Positions 10,293-21,832 are shown, counted from the stretch's first letter. The stretch: 64,000 bases of DNA from Calditrichia bacterium (GCA_963777955.1 CAVZSQ010000021.1:64001-128000), one strand, 5' to 3'. Notes: generated by a model from the letters alone, not told the origin. Translations and numbers: made by a program.

Positions 10293-11246
10293 ATGTACAA
10301 TATCTTAGTTGCCGACTCTTTACCTGAATCTGTACTGGCTAAATACAATAAGGTAAAAGACATTTCCATTGATAACAAAGCAGGCATTTCCAAAGAAGAT
10401 CTGATTAAAGTAATTCCGACTTACCAGGGACTGGTGGTCAGAAGCCGCACCAAAGCTACAGCCGATATCATCGCAGCAGGTAAGAACCTGAAAGTTATCG
10501 GCCGGGCCGGAGCCGGTGTTGATAATATTGAGGTCCCGGCAGCTACGAAGATGAAAGTCGTAGTGATGAATACCCCGGGAGGCAATACCATCGCTGCCAC
10601 CGAACATACTATCGCCCTGTTACTGGCCGTTCTGCGCCAAATTCCCCGCGCCGGTATAACGATGATGGAAGGTAAATGGGATAAAAAATCTTTTATGGGA
10701 CATGAAATATACGAAAAAACCGTGGGAGTAATCGGTCTGGGTAAAATTGGATTCGGCGTAGCCAAACGTCTGGCCGCTTTCGAAGCAAAAATACTGGTTT
10801 ATGATCCATTAATTAAACCGGAAGTAGCAAAAAGTATCGGGGCCAAATTGGTATCCCTGGAAGAATTATTGAAACAGTCAGATATTATTACGATTCATGC
10901 TCCTAAAACACCGGAAACTTTAAATATGCTGAATAAAGAGAATCTGAAACTTTGTAAAAACGGTGTGATCATTATCAACTGTGCCCGCGGTGGAATCATT
11001 AATGAAGCCGATTTACTGGAAGCCTTGAACAGCGGGAAAGTGGCAGCTGCCGGTCTGGATGTTTTCAGTTCCGAGCCCCCGACAGATTTCACTCTGGCCA
11101 AACATCCCCAGGTCGTATCCACACCCCATCTTGGTGCTACAACTGCCGAAGCCCAGGATAAAGTGGCCGATATGATCCTGGAACAGATGATTGAGTATTT
11201 CCAGCAGAATACTGTACGCAACGCGGTGAATTATCCTTTCAAATAA
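10293..11246 (+). CDS. serA: D-3-phosphoglycerate dehydrogenase, short form without ACT domain
   Basis: VRSRTK, GRAGAGVDNI, NTPGGN, GLGKIG, NCARGG, TPHLGA. Confidence 0.88.
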   Translation: MYNILVADSLPESVLAKYNKVKDISIDNKAGISKEDLIKVIPTYQGLVVRSRTKATADIIAAGKNLKVIGRAGAGVDNIEVPAATKMKVVVMNTPGGNTIAATEHTIALLLAVLRQIPRAGITMMEGKWDKKSFMGHEIYEKTVGVIGLGKIGFGVAKRLAAFEAKILVYDPLIKPEVAKSIGAKLVSLEELLKQSDIITIHAPKTPETLNMLNKENLKLCKNGVIIINCARGGIINEADLLEALNSGKVAAAGLDVFSSEPPTDFTLAKHPQVVSTPHLGATTAEAQDKVADMILEQMIEYFQQNTVRNAVNYPFK

Positions 11247-11262
11247 TCAAGTACAATCCGTC

Positions 11263-12105
11263 ATGAAACAACAGCGATTCGGTTCAGGTATAATTTTATT
11301 GATTATCTTTGCCTGTACCGCCCTGATTAACGCCGCCACAGTAGATACGGTGCTGATTTACAGTAAAACCATGCAGAAAGATATAAAAGCCGTGGTGGTG
11401 CAGCCCGATCGTGCCCAAAAAACACAGCAGCTCCGTTATCCGGTTTTATATCTGCTGCACGGCTGGAGCGGTTCTTATCGCGACTGGAGCAATCACACCG
11501 ACCTTAAACCGCTGGTGGAGACATATCAACTGATCATCGTCTGTCCCGATGGCGGATATGCCGGTTGGTATCTGGATAGCCCGGTCAATAAGAATTCGCA
11601 ATACGAAACCTATCTGGCCAGGGAAGTTGTACAATATATCGATAAACATTATCCCACCCTGGCTGATTCCGTGCACAGGGCGATTTGCGGCCTGAGCATG
11701 GGTGGACACGGCGCGATCAGTCTGCTCTGCAAATACCCGGGCATTTTCGGTGCAGCCAGCAGCATGAGCGGTGTGATGACCCTGGACGATCCGAGCCGGC
11801 GCGCCGGGCTTAAAGATGTACTGGGCAGTTTCGAAGCCAATCAGATCCTGTGGGAAAAAAATTCCTGCCTTTATCTGGTATATAAACTCAGAGAGAAAAA
11901 TAAGGCCTTACTTTTTGATTGTGGGACCGAGGACTTTTGTCTTGATGGCAACCGCAGGATACATCAGAAACTGCTGGAACTTGATATTGCCCACGAATAC
12001 TATGAACGTCCGGGCGGTCACAAATGGGAGTACTGGGTGAACGCTCTGGAATATCACCTGCTCTTTTTTAAAAAGTTCTGGTCGGGGACTTTAGATCTAA
12101 ACTAA
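11263..12105 (+). CDS. Secreted alpha/beta-hydrolase esterase (FrmB/XynC-like)
   Basis: Signal peptide, YPVLYLLHG, GLSMGG nucleophile elbow, DCGTED, GGHKW. Confidence 0.85.
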   Translation: MKQQRFGSGIILLIIFACTALINAATVDTVLIYSKTMQKDIKAVVVQPDRAQKTQQLRYPVLYLLHGWSGSYRDWSNHTDLKPLVETYQLIIVCPDGGYAGWYLDSPVNKNSQYETYLAREVVQYIDKHYPTLADSVHRAICGLSMGGHGAISLLCKYPGIFGAASSMSGVMTLDDPSRRAGLKDVLGSFEANQILWEKNSCLYLVYKLREKNKALLFDCGTEDFCLDGNRRIHQKLLELDIAHEYYERPGGHKWEYWVNALEYHLLFFKKFWSGTLDLN

Positions 12106-13241
12106 TAGACTTTGAAATTGATATTCCGTTTTTCCAGTTCATGGATGAAAATTTCCGACGGTACTGCTAATTCCTGTCGCAGCACGCCCCGGGCCTGAAT
12201 CCAGCCATTGATCAGCATGATTAAGATAATGGATGCCGGGAATGCGGTCGTGCGCATCATGGCCGTCAGTTTGTTTTTATGATCACCGTACTCGATGGCT
12301 TCCATGGTAATTTGTTCAGGCACATTGTTTTTAAGGCCTTTGGCCCATAAGCGGATCAAGACAACATCCTCGCCAGGATAGCTGAGCGGGTCTGTCAATA
12401 AAGTTTCGAATACCTCCCGCCGGCTGTAATTATTTTTACCGATAGTAACTGTTTCCCCTGCAGTGAATCCCAGATCAATCATACTCTTGAAAAGTTGACA
12501 ATGTCCGGGATAGCGGATTGTCTTGTAATTCAGATTTTGAATTTTCCCCAGATAAGTATGCGGCAAAGTGGAAGTACCGCCGGAGGTATAAAAGGCTTCC
12601 AGTGTGCCAAAAGGCACCGGGAACTCCAAATCCTCCGTGCCAGTCATGGACGGAACAGTGGTTATCTGGCTGTCCTGAATAATTACTGCCGGTTCTATGT
12701 ATTCATTTATCAGGCCATGTACGGAAAAAACCAGCATGTAACGCAACGGATTCTGTGGTTGCAAAGGTAAACCGCCTACACGAATGGTCAAAGTTTCCGC
12801 ACTGTCCATCTGTTTGATCATGTGTGCCGCCAGGACCGACACCATTCCCGGCGCCAGCCCACAGTCGGGGATAATACCCACCCCGGCCTTCTTGGCCCTG
12901 GCATCAAGTTTAAATTGCTGGTTGACCACGGTATTATTACCGCCCAGATCGACAAAATGACATTTATTTTCAATCGCCCAACGGGTAAGTTGCAGGTTAT
13001 AATCATACGGAACTGCACTGAATACTCCATCTACTTTTTTCATTAATGCCGGGATGCGCAGGTGATCGTCGGCTTTCAGACGATGAACAACCAGTCGTTT
13101 ACTTTTAAAATGCCCTTGCAGCGCTTTGAGCGCTTTTTCGGAGATATCGCTGACATGTATTTCAGCCTGCGGCAACTGAGTTAAAAAATCATGCACTGCA
13201 CCATAAGCCATTCGTCCTGCACCTAACACTAAAATTTTCAT
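12102..13241 (-). CDS. Saccharopine dehydrogenase / lysine 6-dehydrogenase family
   Basis: GAGRM Rossmann fold, DCGLAPG, VGGLP, GLINEY, YKTIRYPGH, AMMRTTAF. Confidence 0.85.
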   Translation of the reverse strand: MKILVLGAGRMAYGAVHDFLTQLPQAEIHVSDISEKALKALQGHFKSKRLVVHRLKADDHLRIPALMKKVDGVFSAVPYDYNLQLTRWAIENKCHFVDLGGNNTVVNQQFKLDARAKKAGVGIIPDCGLAPGMVSVLAAHMIKQMDSAETLTIRVGGLPLQPQNPLRYMLVFSVHGLINEYIEPAVIIQDSQITTVPSMTGTEDLEFPVPFGTLEAFYTSGGTSTLPHTYLGKIQNLNYKTIRYPGHCQLFKSMIDLGFTAGETVTIGKNNYSRREVFETLLTDPLSYPGEDVVLIRLWAKGLKNNVPEQITMEAIEYGDHKNKLTAMMRTTAFPASIILIMLINGWIQARGVLRQELAVPSEIFIHELEKRNINFKVY

Positions 13242-13419
13242 TCAACCCCCTTCAGTCTATTCATTCTACAAATTGATTTTAATAATTGATTGCTACCCTG
13301 CCAATGACACAATCTTATAATTTAATAAAGTAAAAATTATTAATCTAACAAAAGAATAGCTTACGATTTGAAACCTTCGTCAGGATAATCTAAATTAATC
13401 TTTAAAAACCGGATATCAC

Positions 13420-14194
13420 TTGTACGAACTGATAATAATTGAAAAATTAATCAGCCTGCTGCGCCAGGCCGGCAGGGCGATACTCGATATTTACTACGGG
13501 AATTTTGTGGTGGAATTAAAAGCTCGATCACAGCCCCATTACCCTGGCTGACCGGAATTCTAATGATATCCTGACCCGGGGGTTGTACGAATACTATCCC
13601 GATATTCCGGTTATTTCCGAAGAAAACGAGCCGGTTCCTTTTAAGCAGCGGAAAGACTGGACCTGCTTCTGGCTGCTGGACCCGCTGGACGGCACCAAAG
13701 AATTTATCAGGAAAAACGGCGAGTTTGCCATTAATCTGGCTTTAGTAGAGAATGGACAACCGGTACTGGGTATGATTTACATTCCGGTAACCGCAACGCT
13801 ATATTATGCGGTGACCGGTAAAGGGTGCTTTAAAATCACCGGAGATAGTGGACCTTTATTCTTAAAGATATCTGCAAAGAATCCGCAGGATAAGGCGATT
13901 GTAGTGGGCAGTCGCTCCCATTTATCGGCTGAAGTACATACCCTCGTTGAAAAATTACACCGGGAATTCAAGGAAGTGGAACTTATCCAGATGGGCAGTG
14001 CGATCAAATTCGGATTAATCGCCGAAGGCAAGGCTGATTTTTATTTACGGACCGGCCCTACCATGGAATGGGATACCGCTGCCGGGCAGGTTATCGTCAG
14101 GGAAGTTGGCAAACAAGTTTACGATTATAAAACAGGTCAAGCACTGATCTATAATAAAAAAGACCTGACCAATCCATCGTTTATTGTCAGGTGA
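13420..14194 (+). CDS. cysQ: 3'(2'),5'-bisphosphate nucleotidase CysQ; apparent +1 insertion at ~13525
   Basis: AGRAILDIY and KA/DHSPITLAD split across frames; ISEE, DPLDGTKEF, EWDTAAG. Confidence 0.88.
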
Positions 14195-14924
14195 GTCTAT
14201 CCGCTAAGCGCTGGCGTATAATCTCATATAATATCACTGCCGTACTGACCGAAACATTCAGTGAATCGATGCGACCCCACATGGGAATAGAAACCTGTTC
14301 ATCACAGTGTCCAAGAATATTTTTCCTGATCCCCTTCCCTTCGCTGCCCACAATCACAGCCAGGCCGGTGCTCAGATCTGCCTGATAGATGGTATTTTGT
14401 CTGCCCATAACCGTCCCCACGATCTTTAGACCGGTCGCTTTTAATTTTTCCAGAAATACAAACAAATCGGCGGTGCGATGAATAGGACAATGAAAGATAG
14501 CGCCGGCAGAGGTCTTGGCCACGGTGGCATTAATTTCTGCTCCCCCCTTTTCGGCCATTACCAGGGCAGTAAGGTTTACACTTTCTGCGGTACGGATAAT
14601 GGCACCCAAATTGTGCGTGTCCTGGATTTGATCCAGAATCAGGATTAAGGGTTTGGCAGTATTACCGATCAGTTGCAGCAGATCGGGTTCGTCCAGATAT
14701 TTATAATCAGCCAATTCAGCGACATAGCCCTGATGCACAACCGCCCCGCACAGAATCTGCAGTTTTGCTTTAGGCATATAGTCGACTTTCACACCCTTTT
14801 TTTCACATAAATTTAAAACCGGAAATACATTTTTTTTCTCCAACTCGCGGCCTAAAATCACCCGCAGCACCTGATGCGCAGACCTTAATGCTTCCAGTAC
14901 CGGCTGTTTACCGTAGATAACGAT
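14187..14924 (-). CDS. rlmB: 23S rRNA (Gm2251) 2'-O-methyltransferase RlmB (SPOUT)
   Basis: IYGKQPVLEAL N-terminus, HQG, DTHNLGAIIR, GSEGKG, SLNVSV; start appears to be ATC after AGGAGG. Confidence 0.9.
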   Translation of the reverse strand: MVIYGKQPVLEALRSAHQVLRVILGRELEKKNVFPVLNLCEKKGVKVDYMPKAKLQILCGAVVHQGYVAELADYKYLDEPDLLQLIGNTAKPLILILDQIQDTHNLGAIIRTAESVNLTALVMAEKGGAEINATVAKTSAGAIFHCPIHRTADLFVFLEKLKATGLKIVGTVMGRQNTIYQADLSTGLAVIVGSEGKGIRKNILGHCDEQVSIPMWGRIDSLNVSVSTAVILYEIIRQRLADRLT

Positions 14925-15039
14925 GGCGGCCTCCTGCTGATGGTACAGTTACTCTTTCCGTAAATTGTCTTAAGACATTATATATAATATATAGAAGAGA
15001 CCAGAAAAGTATTTGAAAAATTTTTTTTATGTCTTAAAT

Positions 15040-15057
15040 TGAATGAATATTCATTCA
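15040..15057. promoter_or_regulatory. FadR(YsiA)-type operator, perfect 18-bp palindrome TGAATGAATATTCATTCA
   Basis: Perfect inverted repeat immediately upstream of the TetR gene; matches the Bacillus FadR box TGAATGANTANTCATTCA; abuts a putative -10 (TAAATT) with TTGAAA -35 at 15013. Confidence 0.85.
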
Positions 15058-15070
15058 GTTTAAGGTGGGT

Positions 15071-15670
15071 ATGATCAGAAACAATAATCGCCGGGAGCAA
15101 ATCATCGATGCGGCCATAAAGGTGTTTGCCGATAAAGGTTTTTATAATGCCAAAGTTGCCGATGTGGCACACACTGCCGGTGTAGCCGATGGGACAATTT
15201 ATTTATATTTCAAAAACAAAGACGACCTGCTGATTTCCCTGTTCGAATCCAAAATGGAAATGATTCTTGCTCGTTTTAACGCTACCCTGCAAACCGCAGC
15301 GTCGGCCACAGAAAAATTAAAGCGTTTTATCCAGCTGCACTTTCAGATGATTGAACAGGATCAGAATTTGGCCGAAGTATTCCAGGTCGAATTACGCCAG
15401 TCCAGCAAATTTCTTAAAGACTATCATAATCAAAAATTTATCGATTTCCTGAATGTGATCGGCCAGATAATAAAAGAAGGTCAGCAAAGCGGAGAATTTC
15501 GTAACAACGTCCGTATTAATACGACAAAACTGGCCATTTTTGGTGCCGTGGACGAGATTGCCCGGCAATGGCTCCTTACGCCTGAACCAAGATCCCAACT
15601 CCAGGACATCGCCCGTGAATTGACCCATACCTTTTTACTCGGACTGTCGCCAACCCGGCAGGAGGATTGA
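15071..15670 (+). CDS. fadR: TetR-family fatty-acid degradation repressor (FadR/YsiA-like)
   Basis: HTH AGVADGTIYLYFKNKDDLLISLF and C-terminal AEVFQVELRQS; heads the beta-oxidation operon. Confidence 0.85.
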   Translation: MIRNNNRREQIIDAAIKVFADKGFYNAKVADVAHTAGVADGTIYLYFKNKDDLLISLFESKMEMILARFNATLQTAASATEKLKRFIQLHFQMIEQDQNLAEVFQVELRQSSKFLKDYHNQKFIDFLNVIGQIIKEGQQSGEFRNNVRINTTKLAIFGAVDEIARQWLLTPEPRSQLQDIARELTHTFLLGLSPTRQED

Positions 15671-15671
15671 A

Positions 15672-16958
15672 ATGAAACGTGTTGCAATTGTTGCAGGATT
15701 ACGAACGCCCTTTATTAAGGCCTGGACCGATTTCGGTCAGATCCCGGCACATGACCTGGGCGCACTGGTTGTACGGGAACTATTGGAACGACTCGATTTG
15801 CGCCCCGAACTAATAAATGAAGTCATCATGGGCAACATTGCCCAACCGCCGGAAGCGACCAATGTTGCACGGATCATTGCCCTGCAGGCCGGTATTCCCC
15901 AGTCCGTCCCGGCCTTCACCGTACAGCGTAACTGTGCCAGCGGCATGGAAGCCATCGCCAATGCCTGGTACCGCATCCAGGCAGGTGCAGGAGAAATTTA
16001 CCTGGCCGGGGGTGTGGAATCGATGAGCCGCATTCCCCTATTATTTAATGAAGCCGCTACCAAATGGTTTAACAGTTTATACCGGGCTAAAACACTGCCG
16101 CAACGCCTGGCGACCATGTTTAAGTTCAAATTAAAATTTTTAAATCCGGTGATTGGATTGCAATTGGGTTTGACCGACGGCTACTGCGGTCTTAATATGG
16201 GCGAAACAGCCGAAGTGCTGGCCAAGGAATTTAAGATCACCCGTGAGGAACAGGACCGCTTCGCTTTACGCAGTCATCAATTGGCCGAAGCAGTGACGAA
16301 AGCTGGGAAACTCAGTGCCGAAATCGTACCAGTTCCATTGCCGCCAAAATACGATCGGGTTATTAGCAATGATAACGGCATACGCGCAGGACAGAGTATG
16401 GAGGCTCTGGGAAAATTACGGCCCGTTTTCGATCGTTATTACGGAACGGTCACAGCCGGTAATGCCAGCCAGTTAACCGACGGCGCCGCAGCAGTTGTAG
16501 TAATGACTGATACACGCGCTAAAGATCTGGGCTATGAACCGCTCGGTTTTATCCGCTCCTTCTCTTTCGCCGGCCTGGATCCCAGCCGCATGGGCTTGGG
16601 TCCGGTTTTTGCCGTACCACAGGCCTTACAGCGTGCCGGCTTGAACATGAAGGATATCGAGTTAATTGAAATCAATGAAGCTTTTGCCGCCCAGGTACTG
16701 GCCAATTTAAAAATATTTGAATCGGATGAACTTTCACGCCAATATCTGAATCTGGATCAAGCCTGCGGCAAAATCGATCTCGAAAAATTAAATGTGAACG
16801 GCGGTGCCATAGCACTCGGACATCCGGTAGGCGGATCGGCAACCCGTTTGATAATCACTCTGTTGATGGAAATGAAACGGCGTAATTTAAATCTGGGTCT
16901 GGCTGCTCTGTGTGTCGGCGGCGGCCAGGGTGCTGCTTTTATTCTGGAAAGTAAGTAA
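15672..16958 (+). CDS. fadA: 3-ketoacyl-CoA thiolase (FadI/FadA-like)
   Basis: NCASG, NEAF, GHPVG, CVGGG catalytic motifs. Confidence 0.9.
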   Translation: MKRVAIVAGLRTPFIKAWTDFGQIPAHDLGALVVRELLERLDLRPELINEVIMGNIAQPPEATNVARIIALQAGIPQSVPAFTVQRNCASGMEAIANAWYRIQAGAGEIYLAGGVESMSRIPLLFNEAATKWFNSLYRAKTLPQRLATMFKFKLKFLNPVIGLQLGLTDGYCGLNMGETAEVLAKEFKITREEQDRFALRSHQLAEAVTKAGKLSAEIVPVPLPPKYDRVISNDNGIRAGQSMEALGKLRPVFDRYYGTVTAGNASQLTDGAAAVVVMTDTRAKDLGYEPLGFIRSFSFAGLDPSRMGLGPVFAVPQALQRAGLNMKDIELIEINEAFAAQVLANLKIFESDELSRQYLNLDQACGKIDLEKLNVNGGAIALGHPVGGSATRLIITLLMEMKRRNLNLGLAALCVGGGQGAAFILESK

Positions 16959-17036
16959 CGGATCTACAATGAGATTTCCCTGCAGTACTTCGGGCTCAAT
17001 ACCTGCGCGGACCTGATGGAATCGAGGAGAACCATA

Positions 17037-19182
17037 ATGAATAATGCCTTTATAATAAAGCAGATCACCGCTGAAATTTCTGTTCTGACTTTTGATTTGC
17101 CTGATGAAAAAGTGAATATATTCAACACAGCGGTCATGACTGAGTTGGATGAAAAAATAGACCAGTTATCCCGGCAAACTGATATAAAATGTCTGCTGAT
17201 CCGCTCCGCTAAAGAAGACAGGTTTATTGCCGGTGCCGATATCAGAGAAATCCTGACAATTACCAGCGTAGAAAAAGGATACGAGGCCTCGCGCCGCGGG
17301 CAGGAGATCTTCGCTAAATTATCCGCTGCTGCCTTTTCCCACCATTGCGGTCATCGATGGTGCATGCCTGGGCGGCGGTACGGAATTTGCGCTGGCCTGT
17401 ACTTATCGTCTGGCCTCGGACAATCCAAAAACTAAAATCTGCTTACCTGAAGTCAATCTGGGTTTGTTCCCCGGTTGGGGCGGCAGCCAGCGCCTGCCCC
17501 GTTTAATCGGTCTGCAACGCAGCCTGGACATTATACTAAGCGGTAAAAATCTCGATGCGCTAAGAGCTTTCAAAGCTGGTCTTATTGACCGCATCATCCC
17601 TAAAGAACTGGTGCTGGAATCTGCTAAGAAATTCGCTGAAGATGTCATTGCCGGCAGGGATGTACTAAGCCGCACCAAACGCAAAGCCAAAGGACTACTC
17701 ACCTTTCTGCTGGAAAAAAATCCGCTGGGACGCGCTATTGTTTACAGCCAGGCAAAAAAAATGGTAATGCAACGAACCCATGGACACTATCCGGCTCCCC
17801 TTTACGCCATTCAGTCTGTTAAAAAAGGGCACGGCAAGAAACTGGCCAAAGGACTGGAAATTGAAGCGCGCTTATTCAGCCGGCTGATCGGTACAGCGAT
17901 TTCCAATAATCTGATTAATATTTACCAGTGGACCGAAGCGATTAAAAAAGAAAATGGTACCACAAATCCGGCCATTAAGATACTACCTGTCAAACGGATT
18001 GCTGCACTGGGTGCCGGAGTTATGGGCGGCGGTATTGCTCAACTGTTCGCCGGTAAAAATATCCCGGTGCGGGTCAAAGATATTAATTACGATGCTGTGG
18101 CCAAAGCCCTGCGGCAGGCATCCTCTATTCTCTACAGTAAAGTAAAAAGAAGGCAACTCAGCAGACTGGAATACTCGCATATCCTGGCAAACATTACCGG
18201 GACGGTTGATTACTCCGGTTTTAAAAATGTTGATCTGGTAGTGGAAGCAATCGTAGAAGATCTGGAAATAAAAAAACGGGTTTTTACAGAATTAGAATCC
18301 CGCTTGTCCCCTGAAGCAATCATTGTTTCAAACACATCATCGCTCTCCATCGACGATATGGCCATGGCTCTGGCCAGGCCGCAGCGTTTTCTGGGTATGC
18401 ATTTCTTCAATCCCGTGCACAAAATGCCCCTGGTGGAAATTATTCGCGGCCAGCATACTTCTGATTCGGCGGTGGCTGCTGTATTCCAACTGACCAAGCA
18501 ACTGGGTAAAACACCGCTGGTAGTTAAAAACGGTCCGGGATTTTTAGTCAACCGCTTGCTGGTACCATATATGGTCGAAGCGATCACTCTGCTCGAAGAA
18601 GGCCATGCCCCGCAGCAGGTTGATCAGTTAATGGTGGATTTTGGAATGCCGGTGGGGCCCCTGGAACTTTTTGATGAAGTAGGAATAGATGTTGCCTACA
18701 AGGTGGCAAAAATTCTTAACCGTTTTATGAGCGATCGCATGGCCGATTCCCAGGTTCTGGATAAACTGGTACATGATCAGCGTCTGGGCAAAAAGAGCGG
18801 CCGGGGATTTTATCGTTACCACGATAAGAAAAAATACACCGATCCGGCCATACAGCAGTATATCACCCTCAGACAAAAAACAACTCTAAATGACCAGGAG
18901 ATGATCGGACGTATGGTCTATCCTATTATCAATGAAGCTGCCCGCTGCCTGCAGGATAAAGTGGTCGGTCGTCCTCAGGATGTGGACCTCGGAATGGTTT
19001 TTGGAACCGGTTTTGCCCCCTTCCGCGGTGGTTTGCTTCGTTATGCCGATACCGTGGGTATCAGCAAAATCGTAGATACCCTGCATAAATTTTCCGAACA
19101 ATATGGAAATCGTTTTATTCCTTCAGCCCTGATCATGGAAATCAATAAACAGGGAAAGGGATTTTATGAATATTTTAGTTAA
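17037..19182 (+). CDS. fadJ: Fatty-acid oxidation multifunctional enzyme alpha subunit (enoyl-CoA hydratase/3-hydroxyacyl-CoA dehydrogenase); apparent +1 insertion ~17325
   Basis: FIAGADI; after the shift, LPFPTIAVIDGACLGGGTE..LPEVNLG; GAGVMGGG, SNTS, HFFNP. Confidence 0.9.
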
Positions 19183-19247
19183 GCCGTTAAGTATGAAATA
19201 GGAATGATGGGAGTGATTGTGCCCTGTCGACCGGGAGGAGTATCATA

Positions 19248-20975
19248 ATGTCTAAGAAAATCCTGCTACCCAGTTTTTGTAAATCTTTATTCAGTGGAGC
19301 GATACTGGATGAACTGGTCTTTCCATACCCCAGCCAGGCAACTGAGGATCAGCAAAATCTGGAATTGATCCTGGACACACTGCGTAAGTATGCTGACAAG
19401 GTTCTGGACTCAAAAAAATTCGATCAGACAGAACAAATGCCGGCAGATGTGATTAATGGTTGGAAGGAACTGGGTTTCTTCGGCCTGATTATCCCCGAGA
19501 AGTACGGTGGCTCAGGATTGAATGCCACCTCTTATGTCCGGATTCTGGAGGAAATCGGTACGTATGATGGTAGTACCGCTTTGCTGATCGGTGCCCATCA
19601 GTCGATCGGATTAAAAGGTTTATTATTGTTCGGCACTGAACAGCAAAAGAAAAAATATCTGCCCCGGCTGGCCAGCGGTGAAATGATCGCAGCTTATGCT
19701 TTGAGTGAACCAAACGCTGGTTCCGATGCCGGTGGTATACAAACCCGGGCAGTACGCGATGAAGCCAAAGGGGTATATCGTCTTAATGGCTCCAAGATGT
19801 GGATAACCAACGGCGGTATTGCCGATTTTTTCACTATTTTTGCCAAGGAAGAATTGCATACCGCCCAGAATATTAAACAGGATAAGATCACCGCCTTTAT
19901 AGTCACACGGGACATGGGTATCAAGTCGGGTAAAGAAGAAAAAAAACTGGGCATACGCAGTTCTTCCACTACCGCACTCTTTCTCGATAATGTAGAAGTT
20001 CCCTTCGAAAATGTCCTTGGTGAACGCGGTAAAGGATTTAAAGTAGCCATGGAAATTTTAAATTCGGGACGGGTCAGTCTGGCTGCAGGATCAATCGGCG
20101 CCTCTAAAGCGGTTTTAGCACAGATTCTTCAATATGTGACCGAACGGAAACAGTTTGGACAGCCGTTGAGTGAATTTGAAATCATCAAGAAAAAAATTGC
20201 ACAAATCAGCCTCAATATCTTTGCCATGGATTCCATGGTGTATCTGACCACCGGCATGATCGATAGTGAAAAAATCGATTTCTCGCTGGAATCTGCTATT
20301 TGCAAGGTATTTGCCACTGAAGCATTATGGAGCAATGTCAACGAATGCATGCAAATGGCCGGCGGTATAGGTTTCAGTCAGGATTATCCCTACGAGCAGA
20401 ATGTTCGTGATGCGCGGGTGATGAGTATTTTTGAAGGTACCAATGAGATATTGCGCATTTTTATTTCTCTGGCGGGAATGGAAGAACGCGGTGAATATCT
20501 GAAAAAAATTGGTAAAGCGCTTAAAGATCCGGTCAAGAGTTTTGGCTTGATCACGGATTTTGCTGTGCAGTACATGAGAGACCGCCTGACCAAAGAACGC
20601 TTACGGGTGATTCATCCTACACTATCCAAGGCCAAAGCTGACTTTGAGAACTGGGCCAAGAATCTGTATGTGACCACCGAACGTGTCCTGATCAAGTACG
20701 GTAAGGATATAGTCATGAGGGAAATGATCCATGAACGCCTGGCCGATGCCATCATGTATTTGTACGCCATGATTGCCTGTATTTCCCGGGTGGATACACA
20801 GATCCGCAAGCGGGGAATGGAAAATTGTCTGGATGAAATATCTATGTGCAATCTGTTTTGCGAGCAGGCCTGGCGCATTATCCGCCGGAATATTCTGATG
20901 GTGGATAAAAACGAAGATGAAAATATAATTAAAATTGCCAACATGGTTTTAGAGGAAAAAAAGTATCCGTTATAA
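19248..20975 (+). CDS. fadE: Acyl-CoA dehydrogenase, long form (ACAD9/VLCAD-like)
   Basis: LSEPNAGSD, GSKMWITNG, RKQFG, catalytic IFEGTNEI; C-terminal extension. Confidence 0.88.
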   Translation: MSKKILLPSFCKSLFSGAILDELVFPYPSQATEDQQNLELILDTLRKYADKVLDSKKFDQTEQMPADVINGWKELGFFGLIIPEKYGGSGLNATSYVRILEEIGTYDGSTALLIGAHQSIGLKGLLLFGTEQQKKKYLPRLASGEMIAAYALSEPNAGSDAGGIQTRAVRDEAKGVYRLNGSKMWITNGGIADFFTIFAKEELHTAQNIKQDKITAFIVTRDMGIKSGKEEKKLGIRSSSTTALFLDNVEVPFENVLGERGKGFKVAMEILNSGRVSLAAGSIGASKAVLAQILQYVTERKQFGQPLSEFEIIKKKIAQISLNIFAMDSMVYLTTGMIDSEKIDFSLESAICKVFATEALWSNVNECMQMAGGIGFSQDYPYEQNVRDARVMSIFEGTNEILRIFISLAGMEERGEYLKKIGKALKDPVKSFGLITDFAVQYMRDRLTKERLRVIHPTLSKAKADFENWAKNLYVTTERVLIKYGKDIVMREMIHERLADAIMYLYAMIACISRVDTQIRKRGMENCLDEISMCNLFCEQAWRIIRRNILMVDKNEDENIIKIANMVLEEKKYPL

Positions 20976-21010
20976 TTTACCGAGCTGACTGCCTGAGGAG
21001 GAAAGAATAA

Positions 21011-21766
21011 GTGCGCATCGCTGTCTGTATTAAACAGGTACCCGATACTGAAACCCGGATAAAAATCAGTGAGGATAAAAAATCCATCCGGGAAGAAGAA
21101 ATAAATTTCATCCTTAATCCTTTTGATGAATTCGCGGTAGAAGAAGCGCTGCGAATCAAGGAAGCCTCCGGCGCAGGCGAGATTACCATAATCTCGCTGG
21201 GTCCGGAGCGTATAACTACTGCCATCCGCACTGCCCTGGCCATGGGAGCCGATAGAGCCATCCAGATCAAAGTCGCAAAAATTCCCCTGGATGCCCTGGT
21301 CACGGCTGAAGCCCTGGCCAATGTGTTAAAGGAAGAAAAATACGATCTGATTTTGACCGGTAAACAGGCCATCGATGATGACCAGGCGCAATTGCCTTCG
21401 CTGCTGGCAGAAAAACTGAATCTGCCTGTTATTAATGTCGTCACTAAGCTTACCCTGGATGGCAACATTCTAATCGCTGAGCGCCAGATCGAAGGGGGTA
21501 TCGAAAAAGTAACCTGTACTTTGCCGGCGATTATTTCCGCCCAGCGTGGTTTGAACGAACCACGCTATGCTTCGCTGAAGGGAATTATGGCCAGCAAACG
21601 AATTCAGATTCAGGAACGGAGTGTGAATCTGGCAGTTGAGCAGATCGCCATAACCGAACTCAACTATCCGCCGCGGAAAAATCCCGGCAGGATTGTCGGC
21701 ACGGGACCGGCCGCCGTAACGGAATTACTGCGATTATTACGCGAAGAGGCTAAAGTCCTGACCTGA
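21011..21766 (+). CDS. etfB: Electron transfer flavoprotein beta subunit
   Basis: KQVPD, NPFDEFAVEEA, GKQAIDDD, NEPRY. Confidence 0.93.
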   Translation: MRIAVCIKQVPDTETRIKISEDKKSIREEEINFILNPFDEFAVEEALRIKEASGAGEITIISLGPERITTAIRTALAMGADRAIQIKVAKIPLDALVTAEALANVLKEEKYDLILTGKQAIDDDQAQLPSLLAEKLNLPVINVVTKLTLDGNILIAERQIEGGIEKVTCTLPAIISAQRGLNEPRYASLKGIMASKRIQIQERSVNLAVEQIAITELNYPPRKNPGRIVGTGPAAVTELLRLLREEAKVLT

Positions 21767-21832
21767 GTTTTTTAACAATAAAAATCAGCACTACCTGAGA
21801 AATAGCATAGTGCCCAGCCGAGGAGTTGAATA

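Noticed and set aside
13236..13268. Second FadR box upstream of the saccharopine dehydrogenase gene
   Set aside because: Only half-sites (TCATTC) are present, with no palindromic partner.
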